This document shows positions 29,264 through 39,600 of a DNA stretch of 64,000 bases, one piece after another; the stretch's first letter is position 1; each line of letters opens with the position of its first letter. A program made the translations under genes and the position numbers. Source of the stretch: Longimicrobiales bacterium (GTDB taxonomy: Bacteria > Gemmatimonadota > Gemmatimonadetes > Longimicrobiales > Gaopeijiaceae). The stretch covers positions 2,880,001 through 2,944,000 of the forward strand of contig OZ242008.1 in assembly GCA_965204735.1 (NCBI GenBank). Direction: 5' to 3'. A model generated the notes under the pieces. The model worked only from the letters and a program-made list of their open reading frames with translations, had not been told where the DNA came from and did no database searches.

Positions 29264-31798
29264 CTACATCGCCAGGTCCGCGCGCAAGTAGGAGACCCGT
29301 CCGGAGAGTCCGTAGGGCGACTCGGCCGGGTAGTCGAACGCCCACAGCTGGGCCACGTGACCGTCCGGCAGCTTGTTGGGGAGCTTGTCGAAGAGGTTGT
29401 TGGCTCCCACTGCCAAGCGGACTCGGCCGGCGACCTCGATGCTGAGCTCGGCGTCGGCGATGGCCGCGGCGTCGATCTCCACGGGCTCTTCGAAGATGAA
29501 CGGCGACATGACCGAGCCGACGTGGTTCAGCCGGAAGCGAGCGCCGATCCCCCTCGCCGACCGCACGTCCACGCCGGCCCCGATCCGCTGCTTGGGCTGG
29601 TTCTCGGTGAGGAGCATCGTCTGGGTCTCGCGCACGAACGCCGGGTTGCGGTTGTTCGTGATCTCGGTCTCGTTGCGGTGGAGGCTGGCGGTCAGGTCCA
29701 CCGCGCCCCACGACATGCCCCGGGCGCGCCAAGTCGCCACCACGTCGATGCCCTTGGTGCGGGTGTCCACGGCGTTGGTCCAGAACGAGACGCCGTCCAC
29801 CGGCCGCCCCTGGAACTGGGCGCCGGCGCGCAGTCCGTGGTCCGGCCCCAGCCCCTGGGTGAGGACGATCGCGTCGGCCACCGACACTCGGTAGTAGTCG
29901 GCGGTGAAGAGGAGGCCCGAGTCGTTGGAGTAGACGAACCCGCCGGTAAAGCTGCGCGAGGTCTCGTGGGCCAGCGAGCAGGCGTCGAAGTCGGCGCAGG
30001 CGAGCGGGTCGCCCTCCGGGAGGAACCCGGTGCTGGTCAAGCCGCCCCCGCCGCCCTGGAAGATCACGGTGTTGAAGCCTCGATGGGGAAGCCGCGGCGC
30101 TCGGAAGCCTGTGGACACGGCCGTACGAAGGGCCGCCCCCGACTCGCCCAGCTCGATCCTGCCGGACACCTTGCCGGTCAGGGAGTTGCCCGCGTCGCTG
30201 TAGTTCTCGAAGCGGAGGGCCGCCCCCAGGGTGAAGACGCGGGCGGGCTCGACCTCCATGTCCACGTAGGCACCGAAGCTGTTGCGGCTCCGCTCGGAGG
30301 TTTCGGCGCTTGCCGGACTGTACCCCGGAAAGCCCTGAATGCCGCAGCTGGCGAAGGCCGAGCCGTCGGCGTTCTGCTCGTGGGCGGCGGGGAAGCTTCC
30401 CGGCGAGCTGCTGGGGCCGCAGGCGTACGAAGCCTGCTCGCCGGCAGTCATCCAGAAGCTCTCCCGGCGCCAGGCGCCTCCCAGCGCGACATGGGCCGGC
30501 GTGCTCCCCAGCGAGAGGTCGCGGGCCGCATCGGCGTTCACGTCGATCTGGCGCAGCGCGAGAGCGCCGCTGAAGACGTTTGCCGGCCCCGAGTTGCCGA
30601 CGATTGCGTCGGGCGTGGCCCCAGGGTTGCGGGAGAGGTATTCGGCGGCGTACGAGGGGTTGATCGAGTTCGCCGCGCTGAAGCGGAACTCGCCCTTTCC
30701 CAAGCCCAGGCTCAAGTCCGCCCACCACTCGCCCCACTCGCCTCGCAGCCCCAGCACCGAAGAGAGGTCGTTCAGTTCCGACTCCTCCGTGGGAAAGAAG
30801 CCGTCGGGATGCACGTACGACACGTTGCGGGGCACCCAGTCGGCCTTCCGGTAGAGGCCGTCGGCCACCGCCTCGCGGCCCGACCAGGTCGCAAAGGCGT
30901 AGAACTCCGACGACCGGCCCGCGGCCGCTGCCGCGTTCAGCGCGATCGCCGCGCCCTTGTAGTCCGGCTCGCCGATTCGCTGAAGCTGGGCGGTCCGGCC
31001 GCCGTTGGCGCAGGGAGCGTAATCCGGGTCCGGGCCGAAGCACGTGGGCGCCATGCCCGCGCGGGTCGTCGGCCGCTGGACGCCGTACTCGACGGTCAGG
31101 TTGAGGAAGCCTTCGGCGCCCAGGGGGACCCCTGCGTTGGCCGACGCCAGGACGCGCTCGCCGTCGCCCCACGAAGTGCGGCCCAGGTAGGTGGAAGTGG
31201 TCACGCCGTCGGCGTTGTCCTTGAGCACGATGTTGATCACTCCGGCGATGGCGTCGGAGCCGTACTGGGACGCCGCGCCCTCGCGCAGCACCTCGATCCG
31301 CTTGATCGCGTGGACGGGAATCGCCCGCAAGTCGGTGCCCGTGGTGCCCAGCCCCTGGGAGGCGATCACCTTGGGGAAGGCGACCCCATGGCGGCGCTTG
31401 CCGTTGACCAGCACCAGCACCTGGTCCGCGCTCATCCCGCGCAGCGTGGCGACGTGGAGCGCCGCGCCGTCGCCCCCTTGGAAGCGGGTGGAGTTGAAGG
31501 AGGGCGCGATCCGCCCCAGCGCCTCGGCCAAGTCGACCTCGCCCAGCCGCGCCAGCTCCTCGGCGCCGTAGATGTCCACGGGCACCGCCAGCTCGGCGGG
31601 GTTGCGGATGCCGGCCCGGGAACCGACCACGACCTCGACCCCGTCGAGTCCGTACACGGTGTCGGGGGGCTCCTGGGCGTGGGCGGGGAGCGTCGCCGGG
31701 GCCAGGAACGTCGCGGCCGAGAGCGCCGTCGCGAACGCCAGGGAAGCGAGCGCGTCCGAAGCCGCGGACCTGAGGAAAGCGATGGTCGAGCTCTTCAT
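29264..31798 (-). CDS. TonB-dependent receptor
   Basis: ATG with AGGAGGA RBS, signal peptide, LRGMSADQVLVLVNGKRRH, RIEVLREGAASQYGSDAIAGVINIVLK, GANNLFDKLP. Confidence 0.93.
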   Translation of the reverse strand: MKSSTIAFLRSAASDALASLAFATALSAATFLAPATLPAHAQEPPDTVYGLDGVEVVVGSRAGIRNPAELAVPVDIYGAEELARLGEVDLAEALGRIAPSFNSTRFQGGDGAALHVATLRGMSADQVLVLVNGKRRHGVAFPKVIASQGLGTTGTDLRAIPVHAIKRIEVLREGAASQYGSDAIAGVINIVLKDNADGVTTSTYLGRTSWGDGERVLASANAGVPLGAEGFLNLTVEYGVQRPTTRAGMAPTCFGPDPDYAPCANGGRTAQLQRIGEPDYKGAAIALNAAAAAGRSSEFYAFATWSGREAVADGLYRKADWVPRNVSYVHPDGFFPTEESELNDLSSVLGLRGEWGEWWADLSLGLGKGEFRFSAANSINPSYAAEYLSRNPGATPDAIVGNSGPANVFSGALALRQIDVNADAARDLSLGSTPAHVALGGAWRRESFWMTAGEQASYACGPSSSPGSFPAAHEQNADGSAFASCGIQGFPGYSPASAETSERSRNSFGAYVDMEVEPARVFTLGAALRFENYSDAGNSLTGKVSGRIELGESGAALRTAVSTGFRAPRLPHRGFNTVIFQGGGGGLTSTGFLPEGDPLACADFDACSLAHETSRSFTGGFVYSNDSGLLFTADYYRVSVADAIVLTQGLGPDHGLRAGAQFQGRPVDGVSFWTNAVDTRTKGIDVVATWRARGMSWGAVDLTASLHRNETEITNNRNPAFVRETQTMLLTENQPKQRIGAGVDVRSARGIGARFRLNHVGSVMSPFIFEEPVEIDAAAIADAELSIEVAGRVRLAVGANNLFDKLPNKLPDGHVAQLWAFDYPAESPYGLSGRVSYLRADLAM

Positions 31799-31933
31799 GC
31801 GTGTCCTCCTGTCGCCTTCGGCGGCGACTGTCGTTTCGGCCGCCCCTCCAGGTCGCGACGGCCTTCCCACAGCTTGCTCAACGCTAATGCGTGCACGCTC
31901 TGCCTGCAAAGGCGCCTTCGGGCTGGTCCGGGC

Positions 31934-33370
31934 TTAGTCGAACTCCGCGTCCGTCAGGCGGAACGCGTCGATCAGCTCCGGGTCGCTCTCCGTGCCCAGG
32001 ATCCGGCCGGCCAAGTACTCGCCGATCACGGGGCCGAACTTGAACCCTTCGGCCGAGCCGCCTCCCGCCAGCCAGACGTTGTCGTAGTCGGGATGGTGGT
32101 CGAAGAAGAAGTTGCGCGTCGCCGAGATCTCGTAGTGGCACGCCCTGGTCTCGCTGACGGGGGCGTCGGCCAAGCCTGGGAAGCGCTCCGCCGCGAAGGC
32201 GAGCGGGCGTTCGTGCTCCTCCGGCCGCAGCCAGCGCCGGCTGGTGTCTGGATCGTCGGGGGGGCGCCCGCCGGTGCGCACGCGGAAGCCGCGGTTGTCG
32301 GGAGGCAGGGCCGGCCAGCCCGTCACGCCGGGGAAGTTGTAGCTGGGAAGGTTGGGCCAGCTGTAGCTGCCGTCGCCGGGGGGAGTGCGCAGGTAGACGA
32401 CGTGGCCCATGGGGACGCGCAGCTTCTTGCCCATGAGCTCGGGAAACGCCTTGGGGAACCACGGCCCCAGCGCGAAGACGGTCGTTCCTGCCGAAAGGGG
32501 CTCGCCGGGCCGGAGGCGCAGCGAGTCCAGCCGTCGTCCCGAGCGTTCGCCCAGCTCCGCGTGGGCCGTGGCGATCCGGCCCCCGGCACGCTCGAAGACT
32601 TGCGCCACGGACTCGATCGCCCGGCGGGCGCGCACGACTCCGGCGTCCAGCTCGTGAAGCGCCACCGATATCCCGGTCAGGTCGATCACCGGCCATCGGC
32701 GGCCCACTTCGTCGACGTCCAGGACCTCGTGGCGGACTCCGACCTCGTCCCAGTTGCGGCGAGTCTCCTCCAGGAAGTCGTCCCACTCCTCCCGGAGGAT
32801 CAGGTCGGACGTGGTGAAGAAGACGCGGGGGAGGAGCGACTCCTGCCGCTGGGCGTCCCATTCGGTCCACTTCTCGATGGCGCGCTTGGCCCAGCGCGTC
32901 CAGAGGAGGCCGTGCTCGCGGCCGCCGTAGCCCGTGCGCACGCCCCGGGTCTCGCCGCCGGAGGTGGCGCGGGAGTTGGCCGGTCCGTACTGGTCGATCA
33001 GCACGACCTGGGCGCCGGAGCGCTGCAGGTGAAGGGCGGTCCAGGCGCCGAAGGCTCCTGCGCCCACCACCGCCACGTCGGGGGAGTGTCGGGCGTGCAC
33101 GGCGGGGGCGGACGGCGCATTGGGCGCACTGCGCAACGGGTGCGAAGCCGCGCCCAGCTCCGACGCCACGGCCGAGGGGGCGGCGAGGACCGCACCGGCG
33201 CCTGCCCCGGCCGCCTTCAGGAAGCGGCGTCGGTCCGGCGGCTGTCGGCAGTCCGGCGGTTGTGGGCAGTCCGGCGACGGCGGGCGATTCGGCGACGCCC
33301 GCGGGCGGTCCGCCGGTCGGGAGGCCGGCAGGCGAGGGGCCGGCCCTGGGCCGTCGGTCGCGTCGGCCAA
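31934..33370 (-). CDS. Tat-exported FAD-dependent oxidoreductase (sarcosine oxidase/DAO family)
   Basis: TTG with GGAGGA RBS; twin-arginine DRRRFLKAAG; VAVVGAGAFG, SRATSGGETR, ACHYE, GGGSAEGFKFGPVIG. Confidence 0.88.
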   Translation of the reverse strand: MADATDGPGPAPRLPASRPADRPRASPNRPPSPDCPQPPDCRQPPDRRRFLKAAGAGAGAVLAAPSAVASELGAASHPLRSAPNAPSAPAVHARHSPDVAVVGAGAFGAWTALHLQRSGAQVVLIDQYGPANSRATSGGETRGVRTGYGGREHGLLWTRWAKRAIEKWTEWDAQRQESLLPRVFFTTSDLILREEWDDFLEETRRNWDEVGVRHEVLDVDEVGRRWPVIDLTGISVALHELDAGVVRARRAIESVAQVFERAGGRIATAHAELGERSGRRLDSLRLRPGEPLSAGTTVFALGPWFPKAFPELMGKKLRVPMGHVVYLRTPPGDGSYSWPNLPSYNFPGVTGWPALPPDNRGFRVRTGGRPPDDPDTSRRWLRPEEHERPLAFAAERFPGLADAPVSETRACHYEISATRNFFFDHHPDYDNVWLAGGGSAEGFKFGPVIGEYLAGRILGTESDPELIDAFRLTDAEFD

Positions 33371-33384
33371 TGCGGTCCTCCGCT

Positions 33385-33978
33385 TCAGGCGCCGGATCCG
33401 GACGGGTCCATGCGAACCTGCCTCATCGGGGAATCGGGCGACATCTCCGACGGCCCGGCGTCGTGGCCGTTCAGCCGCATGACGTAGGACACCACGTCCA
33501 AGTACGTTCGCTCGTCCAGCCCGCCGGGGTTGTCGTCGGGCATCGTGGAGCGCACGGTGCGGAAGAAGGAGTAGACGGTGCGCCGACCCCAGTTCCTCCG
33601 GAAGGTCCGGCCGCGAAACTCGCTGGTCGTGTGGCACTGCGCGCACACTTCGTCGAAGGCGGTCTCTCCCCTTGCGGCTTGGGCCGCGGAGTAGATGCCG
33701 ACTGGCGGGTCGGCGGGCGCCCCTGAAGCAGGCTGCGCTCCTGCGGCCCGGTCCTGCGCGGGCGGAGGCGGGTCGGCCGGCGGCGGTTCCTGCGCGGGCG
33801 GAGACTGGTCGACCGGCAGGGGCTCCTGCGTCGGCGGGGCCGAGCCACCGGTGGCGCACCCCGTCAGGCAAGCTCCGACGACCAAGCCGACCACCGCGCG
33901 CCGACTGCCTGGAACCATGGATCGGAGGCCGCATCCTCGTCCGCGCCCATGGTCTGGGGGCCAACTGCCTCGGATCAT
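33385..33978 (-). CDS. Monoheme cytochrome c lipoprotein
   Basis: Lipobox LTGC, Pro-rich linker, GIYSAAQAARG, CAQCH heme motif, STMPDDNPG axial Met; start 33978 or 33918. Confidence 0.85.
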   Translation of the reverse strand: MIRGSWPPDHGRGRGCGLRSMVPGSRRAVVGLVVGACLTGCATGGSAPPTQEPLPVDQSPPAQEPPPADPPPPAQDRAAGAQPASGAPADPPVGIYSAAQAARGETAFDEVCAQCHTTSEFRGRTFRRNWGRRTVYSFFRTVRSTMPDDNPGGLDERTYLDVVSYVMRLNGHDAGPSEMSPDSPMRQVRMDPSGSGA

Positions 33979-34062
33979 GGACCGGAGCCCTTCCTTTGGG
34001 GTTAACGTGTTTGTCACGGCGATTCGGTTCGCCGGCACCGCCTCCAAATATAGGACAGCGAG

Positions 34063-35085
34063 ATGAACCGTCGAACTCCCTCCCTGCCCAGCCGACTTCT
34101 TGCTGCCCTGGCGACGTTGTCGGCGGCGTCGGTCGGGGCGTGCTCCGACCTCCCCATCGCCCTGGGCGACGAGAACAGCGTCGTCGTGTCCGCCGATCCC
34201 GAGCTTTGGGCCCAGGTCGAGCCGATTCTGGCGCCGGCGATCGAGCGCACCGTCTTCACCGTCCGGGACGAGAAGACCTTCACCGTCACTCACCACGATC
34301 CGGGGGACGAGACGTGGTATCGCCTTCGACTGCTGAAGCAGCAGCTGGCGATCGGGACCGCCGACGATCCGTGGATGGCCGACGTGCTGGCCAAGGCCAA
34401 GGACCCGCCTTCCGCCGGGGTGTTCCAGGCCAGGGACGTGTGGGCCCGGGGACAGTCGGTGACCGCCGTGCTGATCGCGGACGGCCAGGACGCCGGCGAA
34501 GCGGCCGCGCACGCTCCCGACGTGGCCCAGCTGCTGGACGACCAGTACAGGGCTTGGGCGGTTTCCAAGATGTTCGTCACCGGTCCGAACGAAGCGCTGA
34601 GCGACACGCTTCGGCAGCGGGCTCGCTTCGATCTCGTGGTGCCCAACGTCTACGACCACTCGGTGCGGGATTCGGTCCACGTCTTCCGCAACGACAACCC
34701 GGACCCGTCCGAGCTCATCCGGCAGATCGCGGTGACATGGGAGAGCCCGATCCCGCCGGGCCTGCAACCCGACGACCTGCTGGCGTGGCGCGCCCGGATC
34801 GCCGAAGAGCACTATTCCTTCCCCCAGGTCAACAACTTGGAACGGGTCACGGGGGGACCGGAGGTTCGCGACGGACTCGAGACGTACACGATCCAGGCCG
34901 TGTGGGAGAACCCGCCCGAGGCGTACCCGGCGGCCGGTCCGTTCGTCCTGCGCGCCGTGCACTGCCCGGAGCAGGACCGGATGTACCTGGTCGACGCTTG
35001 GCTTTACGCGCCCGGCGCGGAGAAGTACGAATACATGATCCAGCTGGAGGAGATCCTGAACTCGTTCTCTTGCGTCGGGTTGTAG
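34063..35085 (+). CDS. DUF4837-like lipoprotein
   Basis: Lipobox VGAC; ALGDENSVVV, RDVWARGQ, GPFV..DAWLYAPGAEKYEYMIQLEEILNSF. Confidence 0.65.
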   Translation: MNRRTPSLPSRLLAALATLSAASVGACSDLPIALGDENSVVVSADPELWAQVEPILAPAIERTVFTVRDEKTFTVTHHDPGDETWYRLRLLKQQLAIGTADDPWMADVLAKAKDPPSAGVFQARDVWARGQSVTAVLIADGQDAGEAAAHAPDVAQLLDDQYRAWAVSKMFVTGPNEALSDTLRQRARFDLVVPNVYDHSVRDSVHVFRNDNPDPSELIRQIAVTWESPIPPGLQPDDLLAWRARIAEEHYSFPQVNNLERVTGGPEVRDGLETYTIQAVWENPPEAYPAAGPFVLRAVHCPEQDRMYLVDAWLYAPGAEKYEYMIQLEEILNSFSCVGL

Positions 35086-35152
35086 CGCCCGCGCCCTGCC
35101 GCCCGCCTTCGCCCGAATCCCAGGGCCGCGCGCCCACCCCCCGGAGTCCCAA

Positions 35153-36622
35153 ATGCACGCCACGAAGACGCTTCCGGTCCTCTTCGCCTTCGCCCTTGCT
35201 CTTCCCGGATGCGCTCCGGAAGGCGGCTCGGACCCCGGGGCCGGCGGCTCGGGGAGTCGGAGCGTCGGCGAGTTCGGAGCCGAGGGAGTCGGCTACGCCG
35301 CCGAAGGCTTCGAGACCCAGGTCGCGGCAATCGACTCCATCGTGCTGGCGCCGATCCGCGAGGGACGGATCGCCGGCGCCTCCGTGTCGGTGGTCGCGGG
35401 GGGTCGGGACGTGGCCGTTCGCGCCTACGGCTGGGCCGATCTGGAACTGAAGGTCCCCACCCCCGAAGACGCGCTCTACGAGATCGGCTCCGTGACCAAG
35501 CAGTTCACCTCCGCCGGCCTTCTCCAGCTCCAGGAGCAGGGTCTGGTGGACCTGGACGCGGAGATCGGCGAGTACCTGCCCGACTTCCCCACCCAGGGCA
35601 ACCGGATCACGGTGCGGGAGCTCCTCGACCACACGTCGGGGATTCGCGGCTACACCGAGATGCCTGCGGCGCGTCCCTACTTCGTGCGCCGCGTGCCTCG
35701 GGACAGCTTGGTGGCGCTCTTCGCGGCCCACCCCTTCGACTTCCCGACCGGGGAGCACCAGATCTACAACAACTCGGCGTACTACTTGGCCGGAAAGATC
35801 CTGGAGACGGTCTCCGGCGTCGACTACGAGGAGTACGTGGAGGAGCGGCTCTTCGGCGAGCTGGGAATGACCCGGTCCCACTACTGCAGCGAGACCGAGA
35901 TCCACGAAGGCAAGGCGAAGGGCTACGACGCCGGCGAGGACGGGCTGGTCCACAAGGGCTTCATCGTGCACAACGTTCCGTTCTCGGCCGGGTCGCTGTG
36001 CTCCACGGCGAAGGAGTTGGCCGTCTGGCTGGGGGCGCTCCACGGAGGCCGAGTGGTGTCGGAGGAGTCGTACCGCCAGCTGACCGAGCCCGGCGACCTG
36101 AACGACGGCACGCGGACCCGCTACGCCCTGGGGCTCGCCACCAGCGACGTCCTGGGCCACCGCGCGCTGCACCACGGCGGCGGGATCAACGGCTTCCTTG
36201 CCGAGTCCCTCTACCTGCCCGACGAGGAGCTGGCCGTCGTCGTGCTGGTGAACTCGACGGGACCGCCCGGGCCCTCCGCGCTGGCCCGAGAGATCGTGAA
36301 GGTCATGGTGGGCGACCGGACCCCGGCGCCGGAGTCCTTCGACGGCGACTTGGCCTGGTACGAGGGGACCTACGGCGGACCCGCCCGAGGGGGCGAGGCC
36401 TTGGTTCGCGTCGCTGCCGACGGCGACGTGCTCACTGTGGCCACGGTGACCGCGGGCGCGTACGTCCCGGCGGACCAGCAGTCGAGCGACACGCTGGCGT
36501 ATCGGGGCGGGACGACGTTCGCCGCCGGCGACCAGCTCCTGACCTTCGAGGGCGGTGCGGACGCGGCGGAGGCGCTTCGCTTCGACGTGGTGTCCGGCTA
36601 CACCGTGATGCGGCGGCGGTAG
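35153..36622 (+). CDS. Serine hydrolase, beta-lactamase/class C PBP family lipoprotein
   Basis: Lipobox LPGC; IGSVTK (SxxK), LLDHTSG, YNN, HGGGINGF. Confidence 0.9.
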   Translation: MHATKTLPVLFAFALALPGCAPEGGSDPGAGGSGSRSVGEFGAEGVGYAAEGFETQVAAIDSIVLAPIREGRIAGASVSVVAGGRDVAVRAYGWADLELKVPTPEDALYEIGSVTKQFTSAGLLQLQEQGLVDLDAEIGEYLPDFPTQGNRITVRELLDHTSGIRGYTEMPAARPYFVRRVPRDSLVALFAAHPFDFPTGEHQIYNNSAYYLAGKILETVSGVDYEEYVEERLFGELGMTRSHYCSETEIHEGKAKGYDAGEDGLVHKGFIVHNVPFSAGSLCSTAKELAVWLGALHGGRVVSEESYRQLTEPGDLNDGTRTRYALGLATSDVLGHRALHHGGGINGFLAESLYLPDEELAVVVLVNSTGPPGPSALAREIVKVMVGDRTPAPESFDGDLAWYEGTYGGPARGGEALVRVAADGDVLTVATVTAGAYVPADQQSSDTLAYRGGTTFAAGDQLLTFEGGADAAEALRFDVVSGYTVMRRR

Positions 36623-36634
36623 CGGGTCGCCCCA

Positions 36635-39600
36635 GTGTCCTTCGTCCACCTCCATACCCACTCCGAGTACTCGCTGCTGGACGGGGCCAACCGCCTCTCG
36701 GACTTGGTCCGCAAGGCGAAGGAGTTCGAGATGCCGGCCCTGGGGCTCACCGACCACGGCTGCATGTACGGCGCCTGGAGCTTCCAGAAGCTGGCGCGCA
36801 GGGAAGGCGTCAAGCCCATCGTCGGAATGGAGGCGTACGTGGCGCCGGGAGACCGGCGAGAGCGGAGCCGCTCCGGCGAAGGCGGAAAGGCGGCGTATCA
36901 CCTGGTCTTGCTGGCCCGCGACGCCGAGGGCTATCGGAACTTGGTCAGGCTGAGCTCGATCGGGTACACGGAGGGCTTCTACTACCACCCGCGACTCGAC
37001 AGGGAGACGCTGGCGCGCCACTCGGGGGGGCTGATCGTCTCGTCGGCGTGCATGGCCGGGGAAGTGGCCCGCCACTTGGCCGCCGGGAACCCGGACGCCG
37101 CCCGGGAAGTGGCCGAATGGTACGCGAACGCCTTCCCGGACAGGTACTACCTCGAAGTGCAGGCCCACGACACCGACGGCCAGGCCGAACTCAACGCGCA
37201 AGTCTTCGCGCTGGCGAAAGAAGTGGGCTTGCCGGTCGTCGCCACCAACGACGCCCACTTCTTGCAACACGAGCACCACGGCGCCCACGACATCCTCGTC
37301 TGCATCGGCACGGCGAAGAACCGAGACGACGTCGACCGCCTGGCCTACGACGACGGCCTCTACTTCAAGGACCCGTCGGAGATGGCGGCGGCGTTCCCGG
37401 ACCGGCCCGACGTGCTGGAGAACACGCTCAAGATCGCCGACGAAGTCTCGCTCTCGCTGGAGAAGAAGTACCACCTGCCCCGCTTTCCCCTGCCGGAGGG
37501 CTTCGACGACGACAACCACTACTTGGTGCACCTGGCCGAGGAGGGCGCGAAGGCACGCTACGGCAGTGCGGGCTCGGGCGACTCGGGGGGCGGCGATTCG
37601 GGGGCCGCGGGTAGCGACTCCGTGGGCGGCGAATCCACGGTCGGCGATTCGGGGGGCGGCGAATCCGCGGCCGACCGGTCGCTTGCCGAGGAAGTGCGGA
37701 AGCGCCTTCGCTACGAGCTCGACGTGATCCTGAAGACGGGCTACGCGGGCTACTTCCTGATCACCTGGGACTTCATCCGCTGGGCGCGCGAACACGGCGT
37801 CCCCGTGGGGCCGGGACGGGGCTCGGCGACGGGCTCGCTTGTCTCCTACGCGCTGGGGATCACGAATCTGGACCCGCTGGCGCACGGCCTTCTCTTCGAG
37901 CGCTTCCTGAACCCGGAGCGGATCTCGATGCCCGACATCGACATCGACTTCTGCTACGAGCGCCGGGGCGAGGTGATCGAGTACGTGCGGCGGAAGTACG
38001 GTCGGGACGCGGTGGGCCAGATCGTCACCTTCGGCACGATGAAGAGCCGCGCCGTGATCCGCGACGTGGGCCGGGTGCTCGGCTTCGAGGTGAGCGAGAC
38101 GGACCGGATCGCGAAGATGATCCCGAACCAGCCGGGGAAGAGCTACACCGTGGCCGAGGCGGTCGAGCAGATACGGGACGTCAAGGCGCTGTACGGCATG
38201 GAGGAGAAGTACAAGCAGCTCTTCGACTACTCGATCACGCTGGAAGGGCTCTCGCGGCACGCGTCCGTCCACGCCGCCGGGGTGGTGATCGCGCCGGGGC
38301 CGCTGGACGAGTACGTGCCGATCTGCACTCAGTCGAAGGGAGGCAGGAACGGCAGCCGAAACAGCGGCAGGAACGGGGCCGGGCCGGGGGGCGCGACCGA
38401 CGAGGACGGGCCGGACGTGGTCACCCAGTACGACATGAACTGCCTCGAGGACGCCGGGATGCTCAAGATGGACTTCCTGGGCCTCAAGACGCTCACTGTG
38501 ATCCACGACGCCGTCCAGGCGGCGAAGGAGCGGACGGGCGGCTTCCGGCACCCGGACACCGGAACGGCCTACGCCTCCGACGCGATGGACGACGTGCCGC
38601 TCGACGACGGGGCGGTGTACGAGATGCTGGCCGGCGGCGGCACCTCGGGGGTCTTCCAGTTCGAGTCGAACTTGGCGATGGACAAGCTCCGGGCGATGCG
38701 TTGCGACCGATTCGACGACTTGGTGGCCACCAACGCGCTGATCCGGCCCGGTCCGCTGGACTCGGGGATGACCGACCGCTACATCCGGCGGAAGCTGGGA
38801 GAGGAAAAGGTGACCTACCCGGCGCCCGGGCTGGAGCAAGTGCTGGGGACGACCTACGGGATCATCGTCTACCAGGAGCAGGTGATGCGGATCGCCAGCG
38901 ACCTGGCGGGCTACTCGCTGGGCGAAGCCGACGTGCTGCGCAAGGCGATGGGCAAGAAGGACGCCGGCCTGATCCGTTCCGAGCTGGACCGCTTCAAGGA
39001 GCGTGTCGTCGAAGGGGGAGTGGACGCCGGCGTCGCCGCGAGGCTGTCCGAACAGATCGAGACCTTCGGGCGCTACGGCTTCAACAAGTCCCACTCCGCC
39101 GCATACTCGCTTCTGTCGTACCAGACTGCGTGGCTGAAGCGCCACTACCCCGCCGAGTTCATGGCGGCGCTGCTCTCGTCGGTGGTGGACAAGACGGACG
39201 ACGTGGTCAAGTACATGGGCGAGTGCGGGGAGCTGGGACGCCACGTGCCGGGTCTGGAGGACGGGCTGGAGGTGCTGCCGCCCGACGTGAACGAATGCGG
39301 GTGGAAGTTCACGGTGGTGGGCGCCAAGACGATCCGCTTCGGGCTCGGGGCGGTGCGGGGCGTGGGGTCGGCGGCGGTCGAGTCGATCCTGGAGGCGCGG
39401 AAGGAGGGGGGGCCGTTCGACAGCCTCTTCGACCTGCTGGAGCGCACCGACGTGCGGACGCTGAACAAGCGGGCGTGCGAAGCGCTGATCGCGTCCGGCG
39501 CGCTGGACTCCTTCGGGGGGCGGGCGCAGCTGCTGGCCGGACTCGACGCCGCCTACGGCGAGGTGCTGGCGCGCCAGGAAGAGGCGGAGACGGGACAGAC

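Noticed and set aside
29357..33487. 1376-aa plus-strand ORF, and similar long ORFs such as 16014..19421 (-)
   Set aside because: Antisense to well-supported genes, with low-information composition.
37562..37680. Intein in dnaE
   Set aside because: The insert is short and low-complexity, and lacks the splicing motifs (C-terminal His-Asn) and any endonuclease motif.
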